DNA of 33,510 nucleotides, taken from the IMG/VR virus record IMGVR_UViG_3300033076_000279, positions 1 to 33,510 of that record. One strand, given 5' to 3'. The notes beneath the pieces are model-generated. The model did not search any database, was not told the DNA's origin, and saw only the letters and a program-made list of their open reading frames with translations. This document shows positions 6,701 to 18,500 of this stretch, in pieces. Position 1 is the first letter of the stretch; the number at the start of each line of letters is the position of its first letter. Both the position numbers and the translations under genes were made by a program. The DNA comes from a virus. Taxonomy: Duplodnaviria > Caudoviricetes.

Positions 6701-9546
6701 GTCTTTGCTGCTGCTAATGACTTAGCAAGGATTTGCTTTTTATCAGCAAGCATTTTGTTGAATACTGCCTTACTATCATCAGTTAATACGTAACTAATTA
6801 CTTTAGCATTTCTCTTGTCTTCTTTCCACTTTTTGATTGCTAATGCGTCTTCATACTCTTTACCCTGTTTTAATTCTCCAGAGTCAGTATACAACCTTTC
6901 AAGATCTGATAACTCTTTTTGTTTATCTCTAAGTCTTTCTAATGTATCATTATCTAATTCTCCTGTTCCAAACTCTTCTCTAATAGCAGCTAATTCTTGG
7001 AATAAACGGTTTCTCCTTTCTTTGATGTCATCAGGTAATCCTTTTTGAATCTCATAGTACTCGTCTGTAAAAGGACGTTCTGTATACTCTTCGTAAAACT
7101 TCTTAAGGTCTTCTTCCGCCTTATCTTGAATCTCTTGAGTAGCCCCATATTCTATAAGGTATTTTAATTCTGTTACCCTGTTTCTAAGTTCTACTGTTTT
7201 AACCTCTGTATTTAAGGAAAGAACCTTTTTAGTCTTAATTAAAATCCCATCTACTACCTCATACAAGAAAGTCTCCCTTATATAAGGTTTAAAAAAGTCT
7301 TTTGTTTTTATAGCTGAGCCAAGAAAACCTCCCTCACTCTCAGCTACTTCGTCCATTAATTGCTGCCAATCTCTTGCAACAGGTTTTAAGTTTTCCTGAA
7401 ATTCGTTATTTATATCCCTTATGTAGTTTGCAATTAATTGGACTCCTGGGTTTTTAGTAGACATAGCAGAGTCTACAGCTAAGTACCAGAAGGAATCTTT
7501 GTTTGCTAGAAACTTTGCAATATTCTCAGGAGTCGGCAAACTATTCTTCTTCTCTAGTTCTAAATCTTTAATTCGTTTAATAATACTAGGAGTCTGAGTT
7601 CTCTTTTTTAAAGCAGCAATATCTCGATCATACTGTTCTTCTAAACTCTTTGATTGGCTAGCAAGTGTACTAGCTAACTCATTTATTACTGGACCTTGTA
7701 TACTGTTTTTATGTTTGTCTTGTATAGACTTAATAGCAGCTTCAATCCAAGACAAATTCTTCATAAAAGAATTCTGAGCAATAGATCTGTCTAACTCTTC
7801 TAGAGCTTTTGTATTAAACAATTCTTTAATCTTATTTACATGTTTTTGTATAGCTAAAGATTGTTTGTAGGCTCTATGTAAGTCACCCAATTTCTTACCA
7901 GGAGGAATATCAGGATTATCTAAGATATTATTTAAGTGCCGGATTAAACCTTGCAAGTAAATAGAATTATACTGAAAGTAGTCTGCTAATTCTAAAACAG
8001 AAGCTGCAACATCTTCTTTAGTAGTGATTTCTTTTACATCTTTGATAGCCGCTAATGCTCTCTGTAAAGACTCGCTGCCTAAACCAAGGTACCTGTTTGT
8101 ATCTAAAATAGATTTAAATTCTTTATCAGAGATAGCAGAAACTATAGTCTGTATTTTCTCTGAATAATTTTGGAACTCAAAGGGAGCATCTGGACTAGTG
8201 TGTACATATTGAGTTAATGCGTCTACTTGTTCTTCAGGAATTAACCGTTGGAACATATAGTCTGCAACAGTAGAGTTTGTAGGTAAGACTTCAAAAATGT
8301 TTTTAGGGTCTACCAATGAGTCTACTAAATTAGACATATTACTAGTCTGACTTGCTTTTGCATTAAAAGTTTTAAGAAGACCTTTAAACCAATCAAATAT
8401 TTTATCAAACAGACTTCTGTTAGCTTTTACGGCTGCTTGCCTTCCTAACTCGGTCACAATAACTTCTTCCCAAAAAGCTTCACTGCCCTCGTATTCTGGA
8501 TATGCAGAAGTAACAAAAGCATAGGAAGAAGAAGTAGGACTTTCGTTATGTAGTTGCTCTACTTCTTGTTTAAGTTGCTCAAATAATTCAGGATTACTTT
8601 CTCTGATTCCTCGTACAACAAAGTGACCAAATTCATGCCATGGAGTATCTTCTTTAATTAAGTCAGGATTAACTTCTATCTCTCCTGTAGAAAGATTTAC
8701 TCTTGCTGCCTCTGTTAAAGTGTTATTCCACTTCCAAGTTACTCCTGGAAATCTTGCAGCAAGCTTATCTAGGACTTGCGTATAAGCCTTTATGTTAGGA
8801 CTTTTTAAAGATTGCTTAAGACTAAAACTTCTTTGGAACAGTAAACCATTTAAAGGTAATACCTCGCCATCAATCAACAGTTCATTTGCTGACTGAAGCT
8901 TCTCCATAATATCTGCTCTCTCTTTGCCTAAGTTTTCTTGTATATCAAACAACTCTAACTCTGCTCTCATCTCCTCTTCCTCCAATGACTCAATAGCTTC
9001 TAAGAAAGGAATTGTATATCTACCACTTAAGTCAAACTCAATTAACATCTGACCATTATAGAGCTCTCTTAAGTTTGCAGGAGGATTGTAGGACACAAGA
9101 GGAAACATTGCATTGATGCTCTCCTTTAGTCTTAATCCATAACTATATAAAGCAGCAGGAGACTTTATATTTTCTGTTTGACTTAGATAGATTCGATTTC
9201 CATTAATAAATACAGATTTTCTACCCTCAATAGTAGGAAGAATTTCTTGTAAATGTTTTGCAGCAATGTGTCTTCTCTTTTCTGCAAGAGATAGTTTCCA
9301 ATATTCAGGATCTTTTTGTATCTCTTTTAAGAAGTCATACTGCTTTTCTACCCTAATAAATCTGTCAGCCAAAGATTTAATATCTTTTTTATCAGCTATA
9401 CTAGTCTGCTTTGCAAGATTATAGTATTTAGCAGGGACTTCTCCTTGGTACTTATCCCAGAGATAGTAAGCATAGTCTGGGACAATAGATTGAAGAGACT
9501 CAAACTGAGCTTTTATAGAAGGGTCTGATAGGTTAGGGCAAAACAT
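3739..9546 (-). CDS. Large virion cargo/ejection protein with zincin-like metallopeptidase domain (RNAP-associated)
   Basis: 1935 aa. PWHEFGH (aa 304-308, nt 8623-8637) with downstream 'FWEEVIV', mostly helical, hydrophobic helices near the C-terminus. Adjacent to the virion RNAP as in crAss-like phages. Confidence 0.75.
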   Translation of the reverse strand: MFCPNLSDPSIKAQFESLQSIVPDYAYYLWDKYQGEVPAKYYNLAKQTSIADKKDIKSLADRFIRVEKQYDFLKEIQKDPEYWKLSLAEKRRHIAAKHLQEILPTIEGRKSVFINGNRIYLSQTENIKSPAALYSYGLRLKESINAMFPLVSYNPPANLRELYNGQMLIEFDLSGRYTIPFLEAIESLEEEEMRAELELFDIQENLGKERADIMEKLQSANELLIDGEVLPLNGLLFQRSFSLKQSLKSPNIKAYTQVLDKLAARFPGVTWKWNNTLTEAARVNLSTGEIEVNPDLIKEDTPWHEFGHFVVRGIRESNPELFEQLKQEVEQLHNESPTSSSYAFVTSAYPEYEGSEAFWEEVIVTELGRQAAVKANRSLFDKIFDWFKGLLKTFNAKASQTSNMSNLVDSLVDPKNIFEVLPTNSTVADYMFQRLIPEEQVDALTQYVHTSPDAPFEFQNYSEKIQTIVSAISDKEFKSILDTNRYLGLGSESLQRALAAIKDVKEITTKEDVAASVLELADYFQYNSIYLQGLIRHLNNILDNPDIPPGKKLGDLHRAYKQSLAIQKHVNKIKELFNTKALEELDRSIAQNSFMKNLSWIEAAIKSIQDKHKNSIQGPVINELASTLASQSKSLEEQYDRDIAALKKRTQTPSIIKRIKDLELEKKNSLPTPENIAKFLANKDSFWYLAVDSAMSTKNPGVQLIANYIRDINNEFQENLKPVARDWQQLMDEVAESEGGFLGSAIKTKDFFKPYIRETFLYEVVDGILIKTKKVLSLNTEVKTVELRNRVTELKYLIEYGATQEIQDKAEEDLKKFYEEYTERPFTDEYYEIQKGLPDDIKERRNRLFQELAAIREEFGTGELDNDTLERLRDKQKELSDLERLYTDSGELKQGKEYEDALAIKKWKEDKRNAKVISYVLTDDSKAVFNKMLADKKQILAKSLAAAKTPAQRQAAYDAYNKWASVYTKSTYTQEFYDTRQDILDQIQSLLKERGSLEDLYSDLFNLLSGNKDKDGAYDPSNITTGQVAKAKEIEEKIESVKALLKKNSPLPQEVKDKLADLISELQELQSNVNSEYYNSAVQTQLDTLRSQVTAENPDLDQKSIEALVNAKFKNSDWYKDNHITKFRYSPELRSVVEVQEPLFMWRVTVPNDPKYFEKDVPSSLWYKAVVNQEFKNPNYKPGEVTFKPVTGGEFYNAGYNSLTAKQKKILARMRELHYRSQEGLYQKDKLGDLIPGIRKTRGEFIDLIKLKANTVKQFFNSIKGYFTGNLENFSDEDDIYGDAYQTDAFGDPVVKTSRRLFNRYARTLPLEEQSYDIMTAMASYATSSERFKIMRKYQSTVLTMEEVLSKAQGGETRAVNVVNDLIDRELYGKVLSDKNNSIALRKFNSIFSGVTSLAGFKTLGFNLISLPQNWTNGYLKIFSQLGFYHITAKDMAKAVGDTLGIAKEFYTGYNQFGAKPFRVSLVDYFTGTQSIANQASEINNKGLVKYGKVWKAVSTLRDFTEFDISAVTTYAFLNKYRVKYKDSQMTVPLKDAFEMVDGVIKPKANLEVPDALIKRVRKEIQLANERAQGIYSPEAQPTATKYATYRSLLFLKKWVIPDLKSTWGSETIHYGAGIKTIGSHRAALRFLKDVVYYDNGNAFSTWKYTSEVDKAGLKQFAVQLASYTVLANLIVQMSLRLNCEEDAEADWKDYVCLGLKRITNEAEGVFTLWGMNEMAFTYIAEQANGVSIFEKIGWAALGPFSVWRKFLTDDDLWLSEPYYKYRPNSSKIDWDKTHPMEAGRIGQAVLAIQALGLRGIFIGPKSVEFQNRAYNDYSPKTYTKELRTRFTKDHTGLELMPSRTFIAQERKLYKKAIKELRADAAIYVSQGRPVPQSIKDKAAKLTEKFKKRITEYREGKIKDDVSFAYPFMNILGDRKGLDVNPDASDYDIEE

Positions 9547-9560
9547 AGTTAATGGCTTAA

Positions 9561-9570
9561 TACAAATATA
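9561..9570 (-). promoter_or_regulatory. Probable -7 promoter element upstream of the 1935-aa gene
   Basis: Minus strand TATATTTGTA in the 30-nt intergenic gap, identical to the element at 25459-25468. No clear -33 TTG at 19 nt. Confidence 0.5.
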
Positions 9571-9576
9571 GTTTAA

Positions 9577-12500
9577 TTAGCAGTTTTTACTCAGTTCTGA
9601 GTTTAATTTACGTAAGGATGCAAAAGAGTCCTCCAACAAAGATTTAGTCTCTGTCTCAAAATCAAGAGTTAGTTGTTCAGCTACAGCACTAGATGCTAGT
9701 GGTTGTGCAGACTGGTCCTTAGTTAACTCTTCAATATTAGACTCAGTTAAATCCACACTGTTAGGTCTAGACAATACATAGTCTTTATAGTATGATAAAG
9801 ATACTGGCTGATTAGCTTTTCTAAACTCAGGATGATTTTCGTTAAATCTCTTAACAAAATCTGTTAAGAAACCTGACTCTCCAAAATTTTCAAGCATAGA
9901 ATCTAACTCAGAAGAGAATTTGTTAAGTACATCAGTCATCGGAAGAGTGTAGATAGATTCAGGAATCAAAGGCAAGTAAGAATCAAACCTCTTATTTAAT
10001 TGAGAACCTATAATACCTGCATAAGCAAATGCTTTAAAGAATCCTTGCATATCCCCAATAAGGTTTGCATCTGCTTCTTTGGTAGGATCAAGTGCTGGAT
10101 TAGACCAGTTAAATCCTTGTTCAAATGCTTCCTTATACATATCTACAGAGTAGTCTAAGTCTGTATCTAATACACCTGTTCTGATATACTTAGAATTTTT
10201 ATCAGAAGAGACAGTCATGATATCAAACATAATGTTATCTGCCTCAATACCTCTAGCTTTAAGTCTAGACTTAAGGTTGATAAACATAGCACCTATGTTT
10301 CCAGGATTAGTTTTGTCTACATAAGTCTCAAACTTGGATGCTTCAGGTACGTTATTGATGAACAAAGTATATAGTAAGTCGTTCTTAAATGTTCTAGAGA
10401 ACCTATCATAGTCTAATCTTCTATTAACTTCTTTTACTTTAGCAAACTCTGAGAGTATTTTATTTGTAAGAGCTGAGTTAGCTGATACAGGGAATACTTC
10501 TACAAACTTATCTAATACTTCTTGTTGTACTTGGAATGGAGATACGACAGTATTAGAGATAATATCTTGTAGACCTTTTTTGTTAAAGATTTTAGATTTG
10601 TCTCCTGTTTCTTTAAGGTAAGGAATTAAGTCAATTACATTAGAACGGAAAGACTCAAAGTTCTGAGGAGAGAAAGTATCATAGTCAGTAGACAAAGATA
10701 CAGTTGCTAAGTCTCTTGCCTGATCTTCCAACTCTAAGAACTGGACAAACCTACGTAACTCACCCAAAGAACCTTCCTCAGTAAGCAACAACTTGGCAGC
10801 AGTAGTTCTCTCTACATTTCCAAATAAATGCTTAAGAACAGTATTCTTAAGTTTATTTCTAGAGTAGTTACCATACTTGTCTTCGGACTGCTTTAAAAGA
10901 TCAATTACAATATTTCCTTGAGGCGCATTCTCTCTAATACTATCTAGGATACTATTTAAGTCTTTTCCTTTTGAGTAAGAGATAATAGCAGGAGTCATGT
11001 TAATTAACTTAACAATATCATTAAATCTTGTACCTGCCATAAGCACATAGTTAACGATAGGAGTAACTACGTTGTTCAAGTTAATTCGTGCAATACCGTC
11101 ATTCTTTTCGATATCTACGTGTGCACTAATCATCTGACCTGACAAGTAAGAAATACGCTTACCATCTACATCATTTATCTCACTGAAATTTATGTAACCT
11201 TCTGGAGTTCTGTTAGAATCAAGTAAGTAGTTTCGTGTTCCTAATTCATCTTCTCTATAGAAGGTAGTCTTCTGAAGCATTGAGTGGAATACGTTATTCT
11301 TAGCATCTGTACCCAAAGAAGTCTTATACGTATTCAAAGAGAATACATATAACTGATAGAGAGGACTTACAATGTTAGTAAGAGAAGCCATTTTACGTTC
11401 ATCTAAATCGCCAAAATCAGTTACTGCTTGAGCAATACTACTAATCTCGTTAGGAGTGATTAAGTCATTAAAGATCTCCACTTGAGATAACCTTTCCGAG
11501 ATGTTAAGTAATAAAGCATTACTATAGTTTCCTCGTAAAGTCTTCAACTGGTCTTTAATTTCGTTAGTCTCATTAGACAAAGAACTTAACTCTTCATTGA
11601 TCTCAGTTAACTCAGCTGATAAATCAGTAGCAAAGATCTCACCTAAAACAGCACGTAACTTAGAGATTCTTGTATTTATGGTATTTACTTTCTCTGACTT
11701 CTCAGTTTCTACACCCTTCTCTAAACGTTCTTTTAATTTGAGTAAGTCTGCTTCTGTAATAACTCCACTATCAGCCAATTCGTTTTCGTCAGCGTGCTTG
11801 TAAGATTTTAACTCTTCATAGAGCTGTGATATTCTAGTGGTAGGGTCAAATCCTCTCTTCTGAAGTATCTCGCCTAACTCTTGAATAAGGGCTCTCTTCT
11901 CATCTAGAATTTCTCTAAACAATTCTTTGTTTTCTTTAAGTCTAGATAACAAGTCATTCTTAATAGCAATACTTTCTTCAGGAGTTCTTTGAGTGGTACT
12001 CACAGTTCCATCACGTGCAATGGTAGGATCGTAACAGAATAGTTTATCAATATCATAGTCAGATCCAGACTTAACAACCATCTCATCAGGAACTAGGATA
12101 ATCTCTCCTGATTCTTCAGGTAAGAACTCTACGATTTCAAAGTTCTCCATAGAGTTATATCCTTGACCTGGTACACGAATAGCTACCATAGCAAGTTGAT
12201 TAGCATAAGTCTCTCTAAACCTAGGATTGTTTATAGCCTCGTTTAAGCGAGTCAAAGCTGTGTATGGATCAATAGGATTACCTTCAGCATCTAGTTTACC
12301 GATAGGTTGTCTATCTATTGGAGAAACAAGATTAAGCAAAGAATAATATCCTTTAGAGAAAGATACAATAGCCTCTGCTTTAGCAATCTTACCGTCTACG
12401 ATATCATAGTATTTAAGTTTTCTACCTGGTCTAATTAAAGAAACAGGATACTGAACTCGTTGTGCACCAGGAAGTTTCTGACGAATGATTGCATTTTTAA

Positions 12501-15500
12501 CGCTAGAAACAATAGCACTTTCCATAATAGTACGATCAATCATACTATCAAGATTGTGCATCAAACTGCCATCTTCTTTCAACTTAACTAAGTCTTTGGT
12601 ACTTTCTGAAACATTCTTACGAGACATTTCTCGAATCAACATCTCCACCAACTTCTCTTTGTTGTCAAGTTGTTCTAGGAATTTAAGTTTATCAAAGCCA
12701 GTCAAGGACTCAATAATACCTTTATAGGCGTTGTACAATTCCATTTCTTCTTCTGTACGTACGTCTTTGTAAACAAGTTTACGGAACTGAGTACTGAAGA
12801 TGCTATTAAAGTCATCTTTGTTTTCAATTAAAACTTGTTCTTTTAGATTTTTAAGATCAATAACTCCTGTAGCTGATGCTTTACCGTTTACTTCTCCTTT
12901 AGCATTAAATAACTTAACAGACTCAACAGTTTCAGACAACTTAGTGCCTGATTTATATACAGCGTAGTCTGCAGAAGAAGCATGAAGTTTTCCTAAGATA
13001 GAAGCTAATGCAGGATCAGCTATAATCTCCGAAGGAAGAATAGGCTTCATAGAATACTTATGACCTACAGGAACTGACTCCCCACTTTCTATCTTGTTAT
13101 GTCCTGCATACTGTAGTTTCTTAATAGTAAACTTGTAGAAGGGTCCTTTGTTTAATTCAGCTTCAAGTTCTTCTGTAATAGCAGCAACTTGATAATCTTC
13201 TGCAGTCTCTAACTCTAAGTACTTCTTATAAATAGTATCTTGTCTCTTAAACTCTTGACTCATCTCAAAAGTAATACCTGTAGACAAAGCATAAAACTTA
13301 CGGTAAAAGTCTAATGTACAGAAAGCTGCAGCATCTTGTTTAGCAGCATCTGTATTGTTTACATAAGCTTCTTTATTCTTACCATAAAACTTGCTTGCTT
13401 TTGCTGTAAGAGAATTTACAGGTTCGTCAGCTAATACTAGGTAAGAAATCTGATCAACATTAGCTCTGTTAGGATTTACTTTGATTCCTTTCTTACTAGC
13501 GTACGCTTGATATGCCTCTCTTTGAGACTGCATAGTCAAACCAGACTCACTAGAATTCAAGAAGTCTAAGTTTTGTTTATCAAGTGTAGGATAAGAACCA
13601 AATGCATTCCACATACTAAGACGTTTCTCAATATCTTTTGCATTCTTATAGTAATAAGGATGACCAAAGAATACTTTATGTTGCTCGATACGAGACACAA
13701 AAGAGAAAAAGTGATACTTAAGCAAATCTGTTTTACTAACAGGATACTCATTACCTAATACTTCTTCAGAGTAACTTGCTTGTTCAGAAATGTAACCTCG
13801 AAAAGCATTAAAGATTTCCTTTGCTTGTGGAATAGATTCAAATACATCAGATAAAGACTTTGTATTATCTGATACTTTGTACGCAGACAATAAAGCATTT
13901 CTTTGTTCGGAACTAAAAATTTTATGAAAGTAAGCAAGTTTAGGAGAACCATCGTCATCTATAGGCTTAATTGTAAAATTAGCAGACCCCTTAACTGTAT
14001 TTGCTACTTCAGCATTGATTAAAGGTAAGATTCTTTCTTTAAAGAAACTGTATGGTATTTGTGGGGTTCCTGAAACAGCAAAAGGATCAGTCTCATTTTC
14101 TGAAACTGTAAATCCTAAATACTCTCTTAATCTGTTATCTAATACCAAACCCCTAGTGGTAGCCTTACCACTTAAACGGTTGATCTCTTCTATACCAGAT
14201 TTTACAAAACCTACAATATCAGCAAAGTGTTTCTGTGATTCTTTAGAATCAATAGTCTTCTCACCCTCGTTTAATTCTTTAATACCCAATAAGTTACCTA
14301 GTTCTACTTTTCTTGGAGTTTCTTTTCCAAAAACCTTATCTGAAATACGCTTACCTGCAGAATTAAATAAGTATGATAAGATAAAAGATCCCCTAACATT
14401 AGGATTGTTTTCAGGATCTAAGTGAGGAAACTCTTTAATTACATCGTCTAAAGTAGGATACAGTTCACTATCATTCAACACACTAACTACCTTAGTCATG
14501 TAAGTGTGTTGGTTTACAGACCAGATTTGTTTCTGTGCTGCATTGTAACGCATATCATTAACATACTGAGGATTTGCATCTACTTCGTACTGGATGATAC
14601 TAGATACGCTTGAGTTCTCTCCACCTATTTTCTTAACACTTCCATCTATTTCTACAGTGTGCTCAGTAGACAAAGAAGCTAAAGGTGTAGTAATGTATTT
14701 TTTTGTTTCAGATAAAGACTTAAGTTTATTATAGATTAAGTTTACTCTTCTACTTTGTACGTTTGCATCCTCGTTAATAAACAACTCTACAGAATTAGGG
14801 CTAAGTTTAAACCCTAATGGCTTAAGCATGTCATACAAACCTTGATTGTATTCTCTGTGATTCTCTTCATCCTTAGGTACTGCAGGTACTCCAGGGAAGT
14901 TATTAAAGTATTTTTCTGTGTTCAAGTAGAAAGTACCTAACTCAGTGTTTACTAAAGAGTAAGGAGAAAGATTAAGAGCAAATTGTGTATCGTAAGAGTC
15001 TCTGATGTTTTTAGTATCTAAAGACTGTGCTTGAAACACCCTAACATCGCTAATTTCTCCTTCTTCGTTTCTTTTAATTTCTGTAGTATAACCTTCAATA
15101 TAAGGCATACTAAAGATACGATTAAACTCATTCTTAAAGTTCATGCTACTAATAAGCTTAATAGCAGCATTATCCGTAGGCAGGTAATTTAGGAACTGTT
15201 TAAATTGAGGATAAGTTTCAGTAAGTCCTTCTACTCTAGAGTAAAGCTCAGCGTAAGAATTAGCTCCTGATAAAGTACGTTGTAAGATATTCCAGTTAGT
15301 AGTAAAGTCTCCTATCAAAGGAATTCCAAATACAGGATGAAGTACTTCTACACCATTATCATATCTAGGAAGAGTCTTTAAAGCATTAATTAAAACTTGT
15401 GAAGCAAGTTGTTTCTGAGAGACTTCATTAACACTAGACTCAAATGTAGCAAACTCTGTATTTGCTTTCTCTAGTTCGTCTACTTGGGTATTTACAAGTT

Positions 15501-18500
15501 CCCTCTTAATCTTGTCATCAAATAAAGTAGAGTTTTGTTTATGATATTGAACTATGCTACCAAATCTATCGTACATGTCTACGATAGAATCAATTTGAGG
15601 AACTAAGTCAACGTTTTTAGTTTTGTTATACTCCTCAAGTAACTCATTATATCTTTCTTCTAAGTATTGACCAATATAAGGATAAACTGAATTAGCATTC
15701 TTAGCAGTAGCTACGATGTTTACAAAGCTTTGTCCTCTGCCTTTAAATACATTATTAGCAACAAAAGTATACAAACTATCTACATCATCTAAAAGTGCCT
15801 TAGAGTCCCTAAAAGATAGGGAATTGGGCATACCATCCTGGTCGTAGTAAGTAAACTTACCAGAGTAAAGAGTTTTAAAATATGCATTAGCTTCATTACG
15901 TTTAAACTGGCTAATGTTGCCTTTGTACAATCTACCAAAGTAATGATCAACAGTCTTCTTGTCTGTAAAGAAGTTAGTAAGGAAGTCCCAAATCTTAGTA
16001 AAGATAGACTTAGCATCTTTGTTTTTCTTTATGTTCTCAGGTAAGGTCTTTCCTTTACTTAATGCGTAAGCACGGAAGTCTTCCGCTAATCTTTCTTCTA
16101 GTTCTACAAAAGGTAATTCTCCGTAGATAGTTCTAGCTTGAGCATAAAGACTTTCTTTTTGTTCAGGAGTTAAATAGAACTGAGAGAATTCATGCCATGC
16201 TTCATGATAAGCTTCTGCATAGTTAGCACCTTCATACAAGAAAATACCTGCTTTAGACCAAGAAGCATAAGCTTCAGGGTGACTAAGAGTGTTATCAAAG
16301 ATAAAGGTTGTGTTCTTGAAAATAGGATGGTTTGCTACCCAGTTCTTTGCAGCTGCTTTTTGTTTTGCATTAATCTTATTACTAAGTGTTCTTCTTCTAA
16401 ATAACTCAGGAGCTTCTCCAGGCAATTCCGCTGGACCCATTCTATTTAATCTATCACGAACAGTAAGAGTTTTAGGCGTTGGAGTAGTATCTGTAACCTC
16501 ACTAGTTTGGGTAGGGATGCTTTCTACTACATCAATTACTTCAATGTTATCATTAGTTACATTTACTTCAGGTTCTACTACTGTATAATCAGAACTAAAA
16601 ACTAACTTTCTATTTTCCTCTCTCTTAATAAAAGCACCAAACTCAGGACTTTTAACGTAGTCCGTATAACTGTTATATTGTTTAGCTATGACGTTATTTC
16701 CAGATACTACAAGAGCAGTAAAGGGTTTATTGTCTTTTAATAGTCTAGCATCTACCAATTTGTATGATTTCTCACCCAGCTTAAGCAAGTCTGCTTGTTG
16801 GTCTTTTGTTTTTTGAAGATTCTTATTAGGCTTAGCTTTTACTACAATCTTATTATCATTTGTACTTGAAAGGTACAAGTTAGCGCCTTTAAAGTATCTA
16901 ATAGCAAGTTTACTTTTCTCAGGATCTACCTTAACTCTAGTAGAGTTAATCTGTCTACTAATGTAGTTTAAGAATTCAGTAGCGTTAGTTCTAATAGACT
17001 CGTCTAATTCTTTAGGTAAAGTACCTTCATTAAAAGCATTTACAAGTGCTTGGATAGAGTTTCCATTAGTAGGAATAATAACTCCTGTGTATTTATTACG
17101 AGCATCTTCATTTACTACATGAACACTTCCTGGTCTAACAAAATAACTCTTACCTACACCCTTTTCCTCTAATGTAATACTATCTGTATGAACATAAATT
17201 GTTTCATTTGTAATACTAGACAGAGGCATAGGTTTATCCATTCCAGGAGCAATGTCAATGATGGGAGAAGTAATAATCTTTCCATTGTCTGCAAGAGTTC
17301 TAATTTGTGTAGTAGCAACATCAGCCTTGTCTCTTGCTAAAACATTTATAGATACAAATGATTTTTTAGCTTTACTAGGTTGTCCCTTATCAGTAAATCT
17401 AAGCAAGTTTCCTCTAGAGTCTATAAATGTAGTGCCTACACCTGTTCCTATTGCGGATGGCTTTTCTTTTACATAGTTGATAAAACCAGCATCATGTATA
17501 AGTTTGCCATTAACAGTAAGGTATCCTACTAACAAATCTTTTTCTTCGTCTGTAAGAGAGGTTTTGCTTTGTAGTTCTTTTAAGCCTTGTACAGCTGCAG
17601 GAGAAAGTACGAACTCGTATATTCCCATCATAGACTGTATACGAACATTTAAGTCAGTTGACTTGCCTGAACGTTTATTTTCAGAGTAAGCATTCAGAAT
17701 ATTGTAACTTAAAGTAACTGGAAAGTCATCAATTGCTTTATCATCTTTACCCAAAGAAACCATATTAAGACGTAAGCCTTTTCCAGTATACTCAGCTGAC
17801 TGTATCTCTTGACTCTGAATATCTTGAGCTAAGTCAAAGTTATCTGCTACAGTAGTGTCTTCGTCAGTTGGAGTATCTAATACTTCCTCAACTTTTCCAT
17901 CTTCTGTAGTAGTCGTAGTAGCATCAGGAGTAATTTGATTATTATTAACCAAAGTAGTTACTAAATCAAATACTCTTTGTTTTTGTTTAGGACCGAATGG
18001 TAAAGCACTTACATCTACAGTACCTTGTAAAGCTAAGTCAAATGTAGACTCAATCTGATTAATGTACGTAGGGAAGAAACCTAACAGAGCACTTCTAACC
18101 TCATTCAAAGTCTTAAATTCTCCCAACTTAGTTACTAAGTCTCTAATCACGCCACTAAAGAAACGCTTAGCTTCTTCATCATCAAAGTCAGGATTGTTTA
18201 ATGCTACGTTAGCCTCTGCTAAGTATTGAGCAAAAGTATTATAAACATCTTGGTCTACTGATGGACGCTCTCCAGGAATGTTTGTAACTGGAGTAGGAGT
18301 AGGTTCTTCTGTTTTGTTAGAAGCAGGTTGAAAACTACTAGTAGATGTAACAGGCTCTTCTTTATTTAAGATAGCCTTATTCATCTCTATAATCTTATTA
18401 ACTGCATTAGCAGTATCTAACCCATTAGTTGCAATCTTGTAACTATTATTCAGAACATATTCTCTTTGTTGTTCTAAAATAGTAGGAGTTTCTGGAGACT

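Noticed and set aside
13566-16016. Short minus-strand alternate-frame ORFs inside the RNAP gene (13566, 13755, 15789)
   Set aside because: They are nested out-of-frame in a continuous 4007-aa ORF, with no motifs or leaders.
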